A DNA stretch of 64,000 nucleotides from Octopus sinensis (taxonomy: Eukaryota): the NCBI RefSeq assembly GCF_006345805.1, contig NC_042999.1, forward strand, positions 112,220,001-112,284,000. The letters are read 5' to 3'. Positions 38,501-51,395 of this stretch are shown here, in pieces. The translations under genes and the position numbers were made by a program. The stretch's first letter is position 1; the number at the start of each line of letters is the position of its first letter. Below the pieces are notes generated by a model that was not told the origin of the DNA, did no database searches, and saw only the letters and a list, made by a program, of their open reading frames with translations.

Positions 38501-39565
38501 GTATGAATGTATGTATGTATATATGTATAGGTATGTGTATGTATATATACATAGATATATGTATGTATATATATATAAGTGTGTGCGTGTGTGTGTGTGT
38601 GTGTGTGTAAAGTCAATAATTACATTAATTCAAGATCAAAACACTTAACAATTTTCAAATCTAGTAACATTTCTGAAATTTCAATTATTAGCAATACAAA
38701 AAAAAAATGCATACACACACAGCTTTAAGTTCTTCAGATCGGGGAGAAAGAAAGAATAATGAATGAATGAATGAACGAATGATTAAAATGAATGAATGAA
38801 TGAATGAACATAATAAAAAAAATGATACAAAAAATATAATGAAAAGCTAGATGTTTCTAAGTGAAATGTTTAGGAGTTGTTACCAAAAACTTTAAGAAAC
38901 AGAAGAAACCAGGTTTATATGAAGAATCAATGGTTTGTTATATTTTACCTCCTCTTTCGCAATAGATTCAATTCTATTATAGTATAAATGCTGTTTCTGA
39001 AATAAAACAAAACAACTTAGATTAAAATTACATAAATTATAAATATAAACATAAACAATATGTAAAATTAGAAACAAATACTGATAAACAAATAATACAA
39101 CAAAAAATGGTTAAATCTTCCATTAAAGAAAATGTTGTTCTCTCAGCTCCTTTCCGACACCACTTAAATCTACTGCCAGTTCTAAGTGTTAGACCTTGTT
39201 CAGTGCAAGATTTATTGGTGTAAGTCACAAGTTTAATTGAAAATTAAAAATTATTTATAAACAATACCTAAAAATTTCTTTATATATTATTTTGCTTTAA
39301 TGCAAGAACATTGAAACCTTGGAAATATCGAAAAGCAATTAGCTTAAAATAACAAATCGTTTTGAGAAAATTTGATTTCTGATTTCCAAATAAGAAAAAT
39401 AGGTTAAGGAAAATATATTTTTAAAACATCCAAGATTTTCCACATTTAAAGCTCAAACTGATCCAATCATTACATATACATATGTGTATACACACACCAC
39501 ACACACACACACATATATATATATAAACATATGTATGTACGTATGTATATATATATTATATATAT

Positions 39566-39608
<43 letters not shown>

Positions 39609-39685
39609 GTATGAATGTATGTATGTATATATGTATAGGTATGTGTATGTATATATACATAGATATATGTATGTATATATATAAG

Positions 39686-39716
<31 letters not shown>

Positions 39717-40615
39717 AAAGTCAATAATTACATTAATTCAAGATCAAAACACTTAACAATTTTCAAATCTAGTAACATTTCTGAAATTTCAATTATTAGC
39801 AATACAAAAAAAAAATGCATACACACACAGCTTTAAGTTCTTCAGATCGGGGAGAAAGAAAGAATAATGAATGAATGAATGAACGAATGATTAAAATGAA
39901 TGAATGAATGAATGAACATAATAAAAAAAATGATACAAAAAATATAATGAAAAGCTAGATGTTTCTAAGTGAAATGTTTAGGAGTTGTTACCAAAAACTT
40001 TAAGAAACAGAAGAAACCAGGTTTATATGAAGAATCAATGGTTTGTTATATTTTACCTCCTCTTTCGCAATAGATTCAATTCTATTATAGTATAAATGCT
40101 GTTTCTGAAATAAAACAAAACAACTTAGATTAAAATTACATAAATTATAAATATAAACATAAACAATATGTAAAATTAGAAACAAATACTGATAAACAAA
40201 TAATACAACAAAAAATGGTTAAATCTTCCATTAAAGAAAATGTTGTTCTCTCAGCTCCTTTCCGACACCACTTAAATCTACTGCCAGTTCTAAGTGTTAG
40301 ACCTTGTTCAGTGCAAGATTTATTGGTGTAAGTCACAAGTTTAATTGAAAATTAAAAATTATTTATAAACAATACCTAAAAATTTCTTTATATATTATTT
40401 TGCTTAATGCAAGAACATTGAAACCTTGGAAATATCGAAAAGCAATTAGCTTAAAATAACAAATCGTTTTGAGAAAATTTGATTTCTGATTTCCAAATAA
40501 GAAAAATAGGTTAAGGAAAATATATTTTTAAAACATCCAAGATTTTCCACATTTAAAGCTCAAACTGATCCAATCATTACATATAACATATGTGTATACA
40601 CACACACACACACAC
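38400..40615. repeat. Tandem duplication, unit about 1108 bp
   Basis: Identical ORFs at 38892/40000 and 39037/40145 (offset 1108); breakpoints fall in (CA)/(TA) microsatellite. Confidence 0.95.
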
Positions 40616-41329
40616 AGACATATATATATATATGTATATATGCACATAAATGTATGCACACGTTTATATATATATACATATATGTATATATACTTATAAA
40701 AGTATATATACGTATACATATACATATATGTATGTATATGTATATATATTAATGCACGTAGATATTAAATGTTAATGTTTGTTTTAAGTATAGTTATACG
40801 TAAAAAAATAACGCACAAACATGAATTGAAGTATCACTCGATACTTTTAAGCAGAGTATGGTGTATAGTTTATTTTTACAAAGAAAAGTTTGACAGTAAC
40901 TTCGAAATTCCAATTTAGACGTTTTCGGTAGATATATTTGGGAATTTGAGCAAAAGAAATTCAAGATACTATAAAACTTTTGATTGCAAAAATATAAAAT
41001 AATGATACGTGTGTGTTTGAGCGTGTTTGAGCGTGTGTGTGTGTGTATGTGTGTGTGTGTGTTGTGTGTGTGTGTGTCTGTATGTGTCTGTGTGTGTGTA
41101 TATGTATGTGTGTATGCTGTGTCTGTGTGTGTTGTGTGTGCGTGTGCGTGTGCACGTTTGTATAATTATTCATATTATTCATTATTCATACATGTTTTAT
41201 ATGTGAGTATATACATATACATACATATATATATATATAGAGAGAGAGAGGTACAAAAAATTTAGGGTGAATACTTGATAACTGTAAGCACCTGTATATG
41301 CCAGTTAGTGGTGTAGGTGATAGGGTATA

Positions 41330-42143
41330 TCACCTACAGATCAACCAGGGCCCTCTGACAAGATCCTTCCCTTTGTTAAGAGAAGTGTGGAGGATGATCC
41401 TCGTTGCAAGGTCTCTGACATAGCAGAACAAGTTGATGTCAATCTCAGAACAGCTGTCAGGTATCTCCACAAACTTGGTTACTATGGCAGAACAGCAAGA
41501 AGGAAGCTACTTCTTCGACCAGCCAACATCAAGCGGAGAAAAGATTGGGCCAGTGTGGAGAAGCTACTAGTATTTTGGGACACTGTCATATTCTCTGGCG
41601 AGTTCAGATTTGCTGTATTTTCTGACAGTGGTCGAGTATGGGTCTGAAGTTTGCAGCCAACAATGAAGCACGGCGGATATTCTGTGATGGTTTGGGGAAC
41701 AATTTGGAGCAATGGTTGATCAGAGTTGGTGGAGTGTGAGGGAAACATAAACTCAGATAAATATGTGCCCATATTGCAGAATGGACCCCTTGTAATCTTC
41801 TCCAGTGATGTAATGATTAAAGAAGATTTATTTATTTATGGAAAATGGGGCTCCTTGACCTACAGCTAAAATGACCCAAGATTTGTTGGATAAGAATGGC
41901 ATTCAAAAGCTCCCATGGCTACGCCAGTCACTATATATGAACTCTATTGAATACCTCTGGGACATAATGGACTGGACACTTCATAAAAAGAACAAGAAAG
42001 CATCTTCAAAGCCAGATCTTTTGAGATTACTGCATGAAACTTGACAAGATATTCCACAATAGAATATTCGTCAACTGATCAGTAACATGCCTAATAGGGT
42101 CCTTGCATTGGAAAATGCAAAGGACATGTCTACTAAATATTAA
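41330..42143 (+). pseudogene. Tc1-family transposase (decayed)
   Basis: HTH region, WDTVIFSGE (D1 mutated), KHGGYSVMVWG, ENGAP (D2 region), MNSIEYLW (E), MPNRV...TKY* ending at 42143. Confidence 0.9.
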
Positions 42144-42267
42144 ATATCTACATTATAACAATTAATTAATAATTTGAATGTATAATTTCAGATTTAAATC
42201 AATTAAGGGTGTTTATTTACTTCTGTCATGTCTATGTAAGTATGAAAGCTTAATCTATACACTCCTT

Positions 42268-42300
<33 letters not shown>

Positions 42301-42306
<6 letters not shown>

Positions 42307-42418
42307 TATATAGAAGGAGCTTCTACAGGACTAGAACTGTTTCATTCAAGAGAAATCTTCAGTTCTCTTGAATGAAAAACAGTTCTAGTCCTGTAGAAGC
42401 TCCTTCTATATAATAAAT
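42301..42418. repeat. Fold-back palindrome, arms about 54 bp, 8-nt loop
   Basis: 42301-42354 is the reverse complement of 42363-42418 apart from a 2-nt homopolymer difference. Confidence 0.95.
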
Positions 42419-42484
42419 TAATTTTACTCTACTATGTATTGAGTACCTTATTTACTGTGGTTAACCCCGAATCAACCCGGGACC

Positions 42485-42556
<72 letters not shown>

Positions 42557-42765
42557 GGAGAGAGAGAGAGAGAGAGAGAGAGTAGTGGTGCAACAAAGCA
42601 CAAATGTTTACTGGAAATAGCAGTCGCTACATTTACAACGCTATAGTAAATCTTCAATGTGTATATACTGGCAAAAACGTGTGAGAGCAACAAATATGAA
42701 AAATTTTGTTTTACTGCTAGGAAGAACATTGTATAAATAAATAAATGGACAACCCAGAATCGGAT

Positions 42766-42840
42766 AATCTAGTACCTAGGTTTCGGACTCTTCAAATATG
42801 TTTGTCATCGTAAATTTGATTAGTGTTCATCAGTTGGATT
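42766..42840 (-). ncRNA. Type I hammerhead ribozyme motif, Penelope style
   Basis: CTGATGA (42833-42827), long stem II, GAAAC (42784-42780), palindromic ACCTAGGT stem III, GTA triplet (42775-42773), partial stem I AATC/GATT. Confidence 0.6.
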
Positions 42841-42935
42841 TACCTGGGCAATATTTCAAATGTTGCTACACCAATGCCAGTATACTCGCCTGAACACTTA
42901 GCCGTCAACAGACTGAGAACAGGGGAAAACTTTTC

Positions 42936-43085
42936 AATGAAAAATAAAATATTGCAATACAAATGTATGCTTTCCAGTAAAATAAAGCACTGTAAAGGTG
43001 TATATATATCTATATATATATACACCTTTACAGTGCTTTATTTTACTGGAAAGCAATACATTTGTATTGCAATATTTTATTTTTC

Positions 43086-43088
<3 letters not shown>
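42936..43088. repeat. Inverted duplication pivoting on (TA)n
   Basis: Arms of about 67 bp (aatgaaaaataaaatattgc...aaaggtg and its reverse complement) around (TA)n at about 43003-43021. Confidence 0.95.
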
Positions 43089-43119
<31 letters not shown>

Positions 43120-43123
<4 letters not shown>

Positions 43124-43435
43124 CACGGCTGTCTTTTCCCACTGTGTGGCACCTTGGGTAAGCGCCAACCAAACCCTTGCAAGTGGATTTGGTAGACGGA
43201 AACTGAAAGAAACCTGTCGTGAGCGCGCGTGCGTGTGTGTGTGTCGTACCATTGCTTGACAACTGGTGTTGGTGTGTTTATGTCCCCGTTGCTCAGCGGT
43301 TCGACAAAAATCAGAACGATAGAATAAGTACCTTGATTATAAGAAAAAATAATGGGGTCAGTTCATTCGACTAAAAGGGCAGTCCCCAAGTATGGCCGCT
43401 GTCCAATAACTGAAACAAGTAAAAGAAGGATAAAA
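43120..43435 (+). mobile_element. SINE family 2
   Basis: cccactgtgtggcaccttggg...ggatttggtagacggaaactgaaag...tatggccgctgtccaataactgaaacaagtaaaag. Confidence 0.85.
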
Positions 43436-43497
43436 GAAATATTACTAAACAATACTGTGTAAGATACTATGTAAGATTACTAAACAACACTATATTG

Positions 43498-43660
43498 CAC
43501 TGGTTCCCAACCTTTTCACTACTAATGATCCTTTTTTTAAGTGAGATTTCCCACAGACCCCAGAATATTGAAAGGTCTGTCAGCTTAACATGTTCCCGGA
43601 CCCCCAGTACTATCTTTGCGGACCACCAGGGGTCCGCAGACCACAGGCTTGAAACCACTG
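43498..43660. mobile_element. hAT (Charlie-like) MITE
   Basis: Ends ca(c)tggttcccaacc and gaaaccactg; 8-bp TSD ctatattg (43490-43497) and ctatatag (43661-43668), 7/8 match. Confidence 0.85.
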
Positions 43661-43733
43661 CTATATAGGAACGCACCAAACAATGCCTGTCTACTCTATG
43701 CCATACAAACACAACATACTATAACATACACAG

Positions 43734-43768
<35 letters not shown>

Positions 43769-44216
43769 CATCTACGCAAAACAAACGTTGCATCCCCTCT
43801 CATTACACTACATTTCACATCACACCCCTTCTCGCACATCAGCTGTGCCTTACTAATAATAAACACAACATTACAAAACAACCAATTAACACCTTAGCAA
43901 ATAATACCTCACCGCACCACATAATAGCAAACCATAATACCCCATAGTCAACCCTCAGCCCTGCCTTACGTTCATCCCATCCAAACCCGCCCACCAAAGA
44001 ACTCCGAACCGGTAAAACATCACAACCACACATTGTGAAAGCACTAATGTTTAACCCTAAAATTTGCTGGTACGAAATTAGTGTGAGAGAAGAGTCTATT
44101 TTCGTTTTTAACATCCTTTTGTTCTTATTTATTATTATCATTAAGACATATATGGTTGTATATATATATGTATATGTATGTATATGTAATGTATATGTGT
44201 ATATATATATATATAT

Positions 44217-44305
<89 letters not shown>

Positions 44306-44751
44306 TATAATATACATACATATACATATATACATACAACCATATACATCTGTACACACATTCATGCATGCATACATATATACATGCGTACGTACGTATG
44401 TATATATGTGTGGGTGATGCTTGTGTGTATATGTGTGTATGTGTGTGTGTATTCTTTTTTTTTTTTTTAATATGAAGCAAACCAGCCTATTAAGCATCTC
44501 AAACAGATTGGCTCATTTTCGACTGAGATACCAGCAGAGATCTTTCATGTCCATTATTCCTCAGCCTGTCTTCTATTGCCGCATGTTTTTACACTGCTTG
44601 TGAGGCATAATTACTGAAAGGAAATCACACGAGAAGAAAGAAGCATCAAGATAAAAAGAATTAGCGAGGGTCGAACATATGGACTGTGTTAGATTTGCTC
44701 TTAGCTATGTGCACACAACATACACACGCGCACACACATTCTCTCTCTCCT

Positions 44752-44782
<31 letters not shown>

Positions 44783-45154
44783 TTCACCAACCCACACACA
44801 CGTGTATATATGCATATATGTTATATACGGGATACACACATACAATTGTGAGAGATTGTATATGTGTGAACGACTGTTGTAGATTAGAAGCGCTGTCCAC
44901 TCATCAACACTTCTCACTTCATGCGTGTCCTCTGCATCTTTGCCGCATTCAGCTAACCAAACATACATACATGCGCATACAAACACGCACGGGCTTGTGT
45001 ATGCCAAAGCGTAAATACACACACACACACATATATACATATAGGTATTATATATATATAATATATATATATATATATGTATGTATGTATACATATATAT
45101 ATATATATATAATATTATATATATATATATATTATTGTATATATATATTATATA

Positions 45155-45199
<45 letters not shown>

Positions 45200-45648
45200 C
45201 ACGTACACGTATATATACATATGCATGCATACACAAATGTAAGTATATATATATATATATATATATAGTCCTGTACACACACAACACACACGCGCACGCA
45301 CACACACACATATATATATATACACACACATACACTTGGGAACGAACGCACACGTACATATATAGACATTCTAATGATATCCGGAGCCTTTGGATTCTGT
45401 GACGGACACAGGGAAAAAAAAAGTGTGTGTGATTAGAACAGCTTTCCACTCGTTACATCTCCCTCTTCTTGCCCTCTGCCTCCTTCTCTTTCTCTATATT
45501 TATCTTTCTGGGAAAGTGAGAGAGAGAGAGAGAGAGAAAAGAGGGAGAGTAATGTAGTAATAAGAAGAAAATAAACTTTGCAATGACCTTTATTTTCTCC
45601 CTCCAAGAGTGAGAAATAAATGTGTGTGTGTGTGTGTGTGTGGTGTGT

Positions 45649-45686
<38 letters not shown>

Positions 45687-46085
45687 CGTGTGCATATATC
45701 TATGCACGTGTGTAAGAATGAGTGTGAAATCAATAATTAGATGGCTAAACCGGACAATCTGGAATGTTCCATTGTAAACAGTATAAGTTTCTTACAAGTC
45801 TCCTCTAACTTGCAATAAGTCCGTTTACTTTGTCTGTATAACTATGATGACTACAACCTCTGCATGCTTGGTCACACAACCTGCTAGAAATAGCAACAAC
45901 ACCATATTTCCCTTCCGCAGGAAAATCACACATCTTTAAAAAAAAAGACACATTGAATAATACGTTGTTCTGTAAGAAGATATAAAAAAACGGAGTGGTG
46001 TTTTAATCATCATGTCTAAGACTATTCTGGGGCATGACTTTTGATTATAGGGGTAGCCAATTAGAGCTGACCTAGTGATAATCGT

Positions 46086-46419
46086 GAAGGCGCATGGCTC
46101 AGTAGTTAGAGCTTCGAGCTTACGATCGTGAGGTTGTGAGTTCGAAACCCGGACCGGACTGCGTGTTGTGTTCTTGAGCAAGACACTTTATTTCACGTTG
46201 CTCCAGTTCACTCGGCTGTAGAAATGAGTTGTGACGTCACTGGTGCCAAGCTGTATCGGTCTTTGCCTTTCCCTTGGATAACATCGGTGGTGTGGACAGG
46301 GGAGGCTGGTATGCATGGGCGATTGCTGGTCTTCCATAAACAACTTTGCCCGGACTTGTGCCTGGGAGAGTAACTTTCTAGGTGCAATCCATTGGTTATT
46401 CATGACCGAAGGGGGTCTC
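46086..46419 (+). mobile_element. SINE family 3, long variant
   Basis: ggcgcatggctcagtagttagagc A-box and gagttcgaaacc B-box; gtgttcttgagcaagacacttt core. Confidence 0.85.
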
Positions 46420-46454
46420 AGCAGTGATAAACAACAACGATAGTAACAATGCTA

Positions 46455-46656
46455 ATAATGGTTTCAAATTTTGGCACAAGGATGGCAATTTCAGAGGAGG
46501 GGTAAATCGATTATATTGACTCCAGTGTTCAACTGGTACTTGCTTTATCGGCCTCCGAAAGGATGAAAGGAAAATTCGACTTCGGCGGAATTTGAACCCA
46601 GGATGTAAAGATGGACAAAATGCTGTTAAGTATCTTGTTTGGTGTGCTAACGATTC
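46455..46656 (-). mobile_element. SINE family 1, interrupted at its head by the dimer
   Basis: Body motifs present; the head is broken after gctaacgattc. Confidence 0.75.
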
Positions 46657-47072
46657 TTATTTCTTTATTGCCTACAAAGGGGCTAAACATAGAGGGACAA
46701 ATAAGGACCGACAAAGGTATTAAGTCGATTACATCGACCCCAGTGCGTAACTGGTACTTAATTTATCGACCCCGAAAGGATTAAAGGCAAAGTCGACCTC
46801 GGCGGAATTTGAACTCAGAACGTAAAGACAGACGAAATACCTATTTCTTTACTACTCACAAGGGGCTAAACAGAAGGGACAAACACGGACAGACAAACGG
46901 ATTAAGTCGATTATATGGACCCCAGTGCGTAACTGGTACTTAATTCTTCGACCCCGAAAGGATGAAAGGCAAAGTCGACCTCGGTGGAATTTGAACTCAG
47001 AACGTAGCGGTAGACGAAATACCGCTAAGCATTTCGTCCGGCGTGCTAACGTTTCTGCCAGCTCGCCGCCTT
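46657..47072 (-). mobile_element. Dimeric SINE family 1
   Basis: Full monomer (47072-46840) joined to a headless monomer (46839-46657). Confidence 0.9.
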
Positions 47073-47845
47073 AGCAACACTATTAATATCATTATTATCA
47101 GCTACAATACTTCATGTCCTTGGCCATACAGCCTAAAACAAACTTAAGAACTAAACAGCATTTTTCCACATGGTTGGCAGTAATTATGATTATATTTTCA
47201 AAGTCTCACAGACAGATGAGAGGAAGAGAGAAAGTTATCATCAAACTGGGGACCTGACCCGAATTTTCGCAGCAATTTGGACAAGTGCTTTCTAAGAGGA
47301 ATGGGTACGCTGGTCAGTTTTCCAGAACTTCTACGTGTCCATGGGCCCAATTCTGATCTATGTATGTTGGGGTTTGCTGTCAGTAAATACTATAGGGCCC
47401 AGCGCATTGATTTGATTGAGGTGCTAAGACGGTTTTTGTGCGAGACCCTGTTAAAGTCATCCTAGGACTAGGAGATAATGTTACACCAGGTGATGGCTTG
47501 TTTATACAGATCAACTGTTAATGTATTTATAAATCCTTTCTACTATAGGCGCAAAGTCTGAAATTTTGTGGGAAACGAGCTAGTGTATTAGATCGACACG
47601 AGGCTTCAACTGGTACTTATTTTATTGACTCCGAAAGGAAGAAATACAAAATCGACCTCGGCAGAATTTGAAATCAAAACGTAAAGAGCCGGATAAATGC
47701 CGCTGAATATTTTGTCCGGTGTATTTATGAATAACATAAATGTTTCAATAAAATGTCAATGATTAAATGATTAAAGACTATTTAATGTGAAATAGTTTCA
47801 TGTATTATTCACTAGGCAATTCCAAGAATAATAAGAACGTGTATT

Positions 47846-48074
47846 AAGGCGGCGAGCAGGTAGAAACGCTAGCACGCCGGATGAAATGTGGAGCCGTATT
47901 TCGTCTGTCTTTACGTTCTGAGTTCAAATTACGCCGAGGTCGACTTTGCCTTTCATTCTTTCGGGGTCGACAAATAAAGTACCAGTCACACACTGGGGTA
48001 GATGTAATCGACTTAATCTTTTTGTCTGTCCTTGTTTGCCCCCTCTCTGTTTGGCTCCTTGTGGGCAATAATGA
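47846..48074 (+). mobile_element. SINE family 1 with 15-bp TSD
   Basis: aataagaacgtgtat at 47830-47844 and 48075-48089. Confidence 0.93.
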
Positions 48075-48920
48075 AATAAGAACGTGTATGAACTATATTA
48101 ATGTCATTGACTCAGAACCATCTCAACAACAACATTTAAACACTACGACTGACAATACCACTTACTGACAGAACCCTTACATCTATTGCCACCTTGGAAA
48201 CTATATCAGCGCCATATGCCATTAGTTTTAAACCACTGACATTCATCAGTAGCACTGCCTTCATCAACCTAGCCGCAAGTGCATGGAGGCTTCCCTAACA
48301 TGGGAGCCTTTATAAAATCCCTCTATTTTGTAGAAATAACATCCAAACTTCTCTTAAATCACATATTCACACTATCATTTTAAAAAAGAATGGAAGTATG
48401 AGATAAAGTGATCCTATGTAAACTGAAAGTAAATAAGAGACTGATTGTTACCAGACGGATTGCTTTTGAGCATACAGGTACTCAAAAATGGCCACCTAAA
48501 ACTAAATAACAACAACAACGATGAATTGGCAACCAAGACCTTGCAATGGTTAAGTTATAGTTTCGAATACAAGCATTTCTTTCAATTGAAGAAGCTTAAC
48601 ATGTGTGACCAAACATAGGTCTATAGCTAGAAGAAAAAATATTATGTAACAAGATTTGAATAAGTTATCTATTTAGACATTTATAGCAAATTATTAATTC
48701 TCAAAGGTTCTAGCAATTAACAACAATATATAATGTGCATACATACATACATACATACATACATACATACATACATACATACATACATACATACATACAT
48801 ACATACATACATACATACATGCAGATGGAGTGCTCTCCGGATTGAGCGGCTGTACAGCAGACTCTAAACCACTATTATTTCAGCCCTATGATTTTACATC
48901 ACTCTAATTCTCCCACTCGA

Positions 48921-49182
48921 GGAGGCGCGTGGCTTAGTGGTTATGGTGTCAGCATCAGGATCGTAAGATTGTGGTTTCGATTCCTAGACCGGCCGACGCG
49001 TTGTGTTCTTGAGCAAAACACTTCATTTCACGTTGCTCCAGTCCACTCAGCTGGCAAAAATAAGTAACGTCGCGATGGACCGGCGTCCCGTCCAGCTGGG
49101 GAACACATACGTCATTGAAACCGGGAAACTGGGCCCATGAGCCGGGCTAGGCTTTAAAAGGTCACTTTTATTTTTATTTTAT
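48921..49182 (+). mobile_element. SINE family 3 with 14-bp TSD
   Basis: taattctcccactc at 48905-48918 and 49183-49196. Confidence 0.92.
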
Positions 49183-49617
49183 TAATTCTCCCACTCATGC
49201 ATTTTTTTGCTTTTTTTTTTGCTTTTTCCGGTTTTTCAACCTTCAACCTTTTAGATCTACTTCTTTCTCGTCTTTTCTCGATTTTTCTCTTATCCTATCG
49301 TCCTGCTTTTTAGCTTGTTATGTCATGTATGCACACGCTGAAGATTGCATGAAAGCACTAGACGTGCTAAAAGATGCTGTCTAAGCAGTTTTCATTGAAT
49401 GAAATTGTGCTTATTAAATAATACATACATACATACGTACGTACATACATACATACATACATGCATGCATACATACGTGCATACAGACATACATACATGC
49501 ATATATACATACATACATACATACATACATACATACATACATACATACATACATACATACGTACATACATACATACATACATACATACACGCGAAGAGCC
49601 CTACATATATTATTATT

Positions 49618-49820
49618 AGGTGGCAAGCTGTCTGAATCGTTAGCTCGCTGGATGAAATGGTTAGCGGTATTCCGCCCGTTGCTACGTTCAGAGTTCAAAT
49701 TCCACCGAAGTCGAATTTTCCTTTTATCCTTTCGGGGGTCGATAAATTAAGTACCAGTGAAACACTGGAGTTGATGTGATCGATTGTCCCCCTGCCAACA
49801 AAAATCCAGGCCTTGTGCCT
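49618..49820 (+). mobile_element. SINE family 1
   Basis: Head, body and aggccttgtgcct tail. Confidence 0.85.
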
Positions 49821-50024
49821 TTATTCTTTTACTTGTTCCAGTTATTTGACTATGGCCATGCTGGGGCACCGCCTTGAGTCGAAGAAATCGACCCCAGGCC
49901 AGGACTTATTTTTTGTAAGCCTAGTACTTATTCTATCGGCTCTTTTGCCGAACCGCTAGATTATGGGGACATAAACACATCAACATCGGTTGTCAATACA
50001 TACTTATATATATATATATATATT

Positions 50025-50056
<32 letters not shown>

Positions 50057-51092
50057 ATATATATATACATATACATACATACGACGGGCTTCTTTTAGAA
50101 TCGCACCTCTCCTGGAAAATGCATTTTTTTTAAAAAACATTTCGGATTTTTACGTCTAAGATGTCAGAGATTACGAATATGCAATTTTTTTTATTTCACC
50201 CCCACCTACCATCCAATTTAAAATTCTGAAATTTTTTCGAAATTTTTTTCCTCTATTTTAGATGACAGAGATTCCGAATATGCAAGAAACCAATTTTTCA
50301 AAATTTTAAATTTAATAAGCGTATAGAAATGTCTATAAAGAGATAGAAAGATATGAATGTCTTCCTGGAGCTAAAAACAACAGGAACACCGTCTTCTATA
50401 GGACCGCCACAATTAGTTGACAAATATATTTCAAGAATAAACGGATAATAATAAATAGATAGACAGACAAATAAATAAATGGATGAAAAAATTCAAAATT
50501 TAAAATTGAGGTAGGGGTGAAATTTGACCCTCTTATTAAACTTTATAACATTAATCATTAAACATATTAATGTTTGCTTCCCATAAAATGGTATATATTT
50601 ATAATTGTCAACCAAATGTAGCGTGATATATCTCCAATATCTCGCTTTGAGATTTAATATAGGTGTATAATTAATTTACATTCAATTATTATATAGATTA
50701 TTTAAGGCAAACAAGTAAAACGCAAATTATTTTCACTTTAATGTTTTTTGTCCATATTTAATTTCGATTTGCTTATATTCGTCAATTCGATACAATCTCT
50801 TTAAAGTAAGCAACTCAAAATTTCTAATCGGATGCGGCCGGGAAGAGGTGGGGGTGAAATTAAAAAAACTTTTTTGCATATTCGTAATCTCCGACATCCA
50901 AAACGTAAGAATCCGAAAAAAAATTTCCAAAAAATGCGTTTTCAAGAAGAGGTGCGATTCTTTATTAGCCCCAACAGGGCTTTGGTCGGCCCCAGGATAT
51001 AGTAGAAGACACTTGCCAAAGATGCCACACAGTGGGACTGAACCCGGAACCATGTGTTGGGAAGCAAGCTTCTTGCCACAGAGCCAGTCTTG
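49821..51092 (-). mobile_element. SINE family 2 split by a DNA-transposon insertion
   Basis: Tail and body at 49821-50096, head at about 50985-51092. Confidence 0.8.
50097..50961. mobile_element. 865-bp non-autonomous TIR element, superfamily unassigned
   Basis: Left end agaatcgcacctctcctggaaaatgc matches the reverse complement of the right end (agaatcgcacctcttcttgaaaacgc); imperfect inverted similarity for about 120 bp; no clear TSD. Confidence 0.8.
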
Positions 51093-51107
51093 CTGTAGAA
51101 AGGATTA

Positions 51108-51201
<94 letters not shown>

Positions 51202-51203
<2 letters not shown>

Positions 51204-51395
51204 GGCAGCGTGCTGGCAGAGTCGTCAACGTGCTGGACGAAATGCTTACCGGTATTTCGCCCGTCGTAACGTTCTGAATTCAAATTTCGCCGATTTGCCT
51301 TTGTCTTTCATCATTTTGGGGTCGATAAATTAAGTACTAATAAAGTACTAGGGTCGATGTGATCAATTCTCTCTCGTCGCCACAAAAATCCAGGC
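51202..51395 (+). mobile_element. SINE family 1, tail lost
   Basis: Starts after (ATT)n and ends at aaaatccaggc, fused to the R4-type 3' UTR. Confidence 0.85.

Noticed and set aside
39147-39219. Possible 73-nt plus-strand exon (ctctcag|...|gtaagt), duplicated near 40255-40327, open in one frame (PFRHHLNLLPVLSVRPCSVQDLL)
   Set aside because: No recognisable protein similarity, weak polypyrimidine tract, and it lies in a duplication that may be an artefact.
29220-44030. C/A-skewed patches (29220-29510, 37300-37750, 43770-44030) that may be very old Jockey-like LINE pieces
   Set aside because: Translations are too degraded to support a call.
46086-46165. tRNA-like sequence with good A and B boxes
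   Set aside because: It continues into a SINE body shared with other copies and has no full cloverleaf or terminator, so it is a SINE head rather than a tRNA gene.
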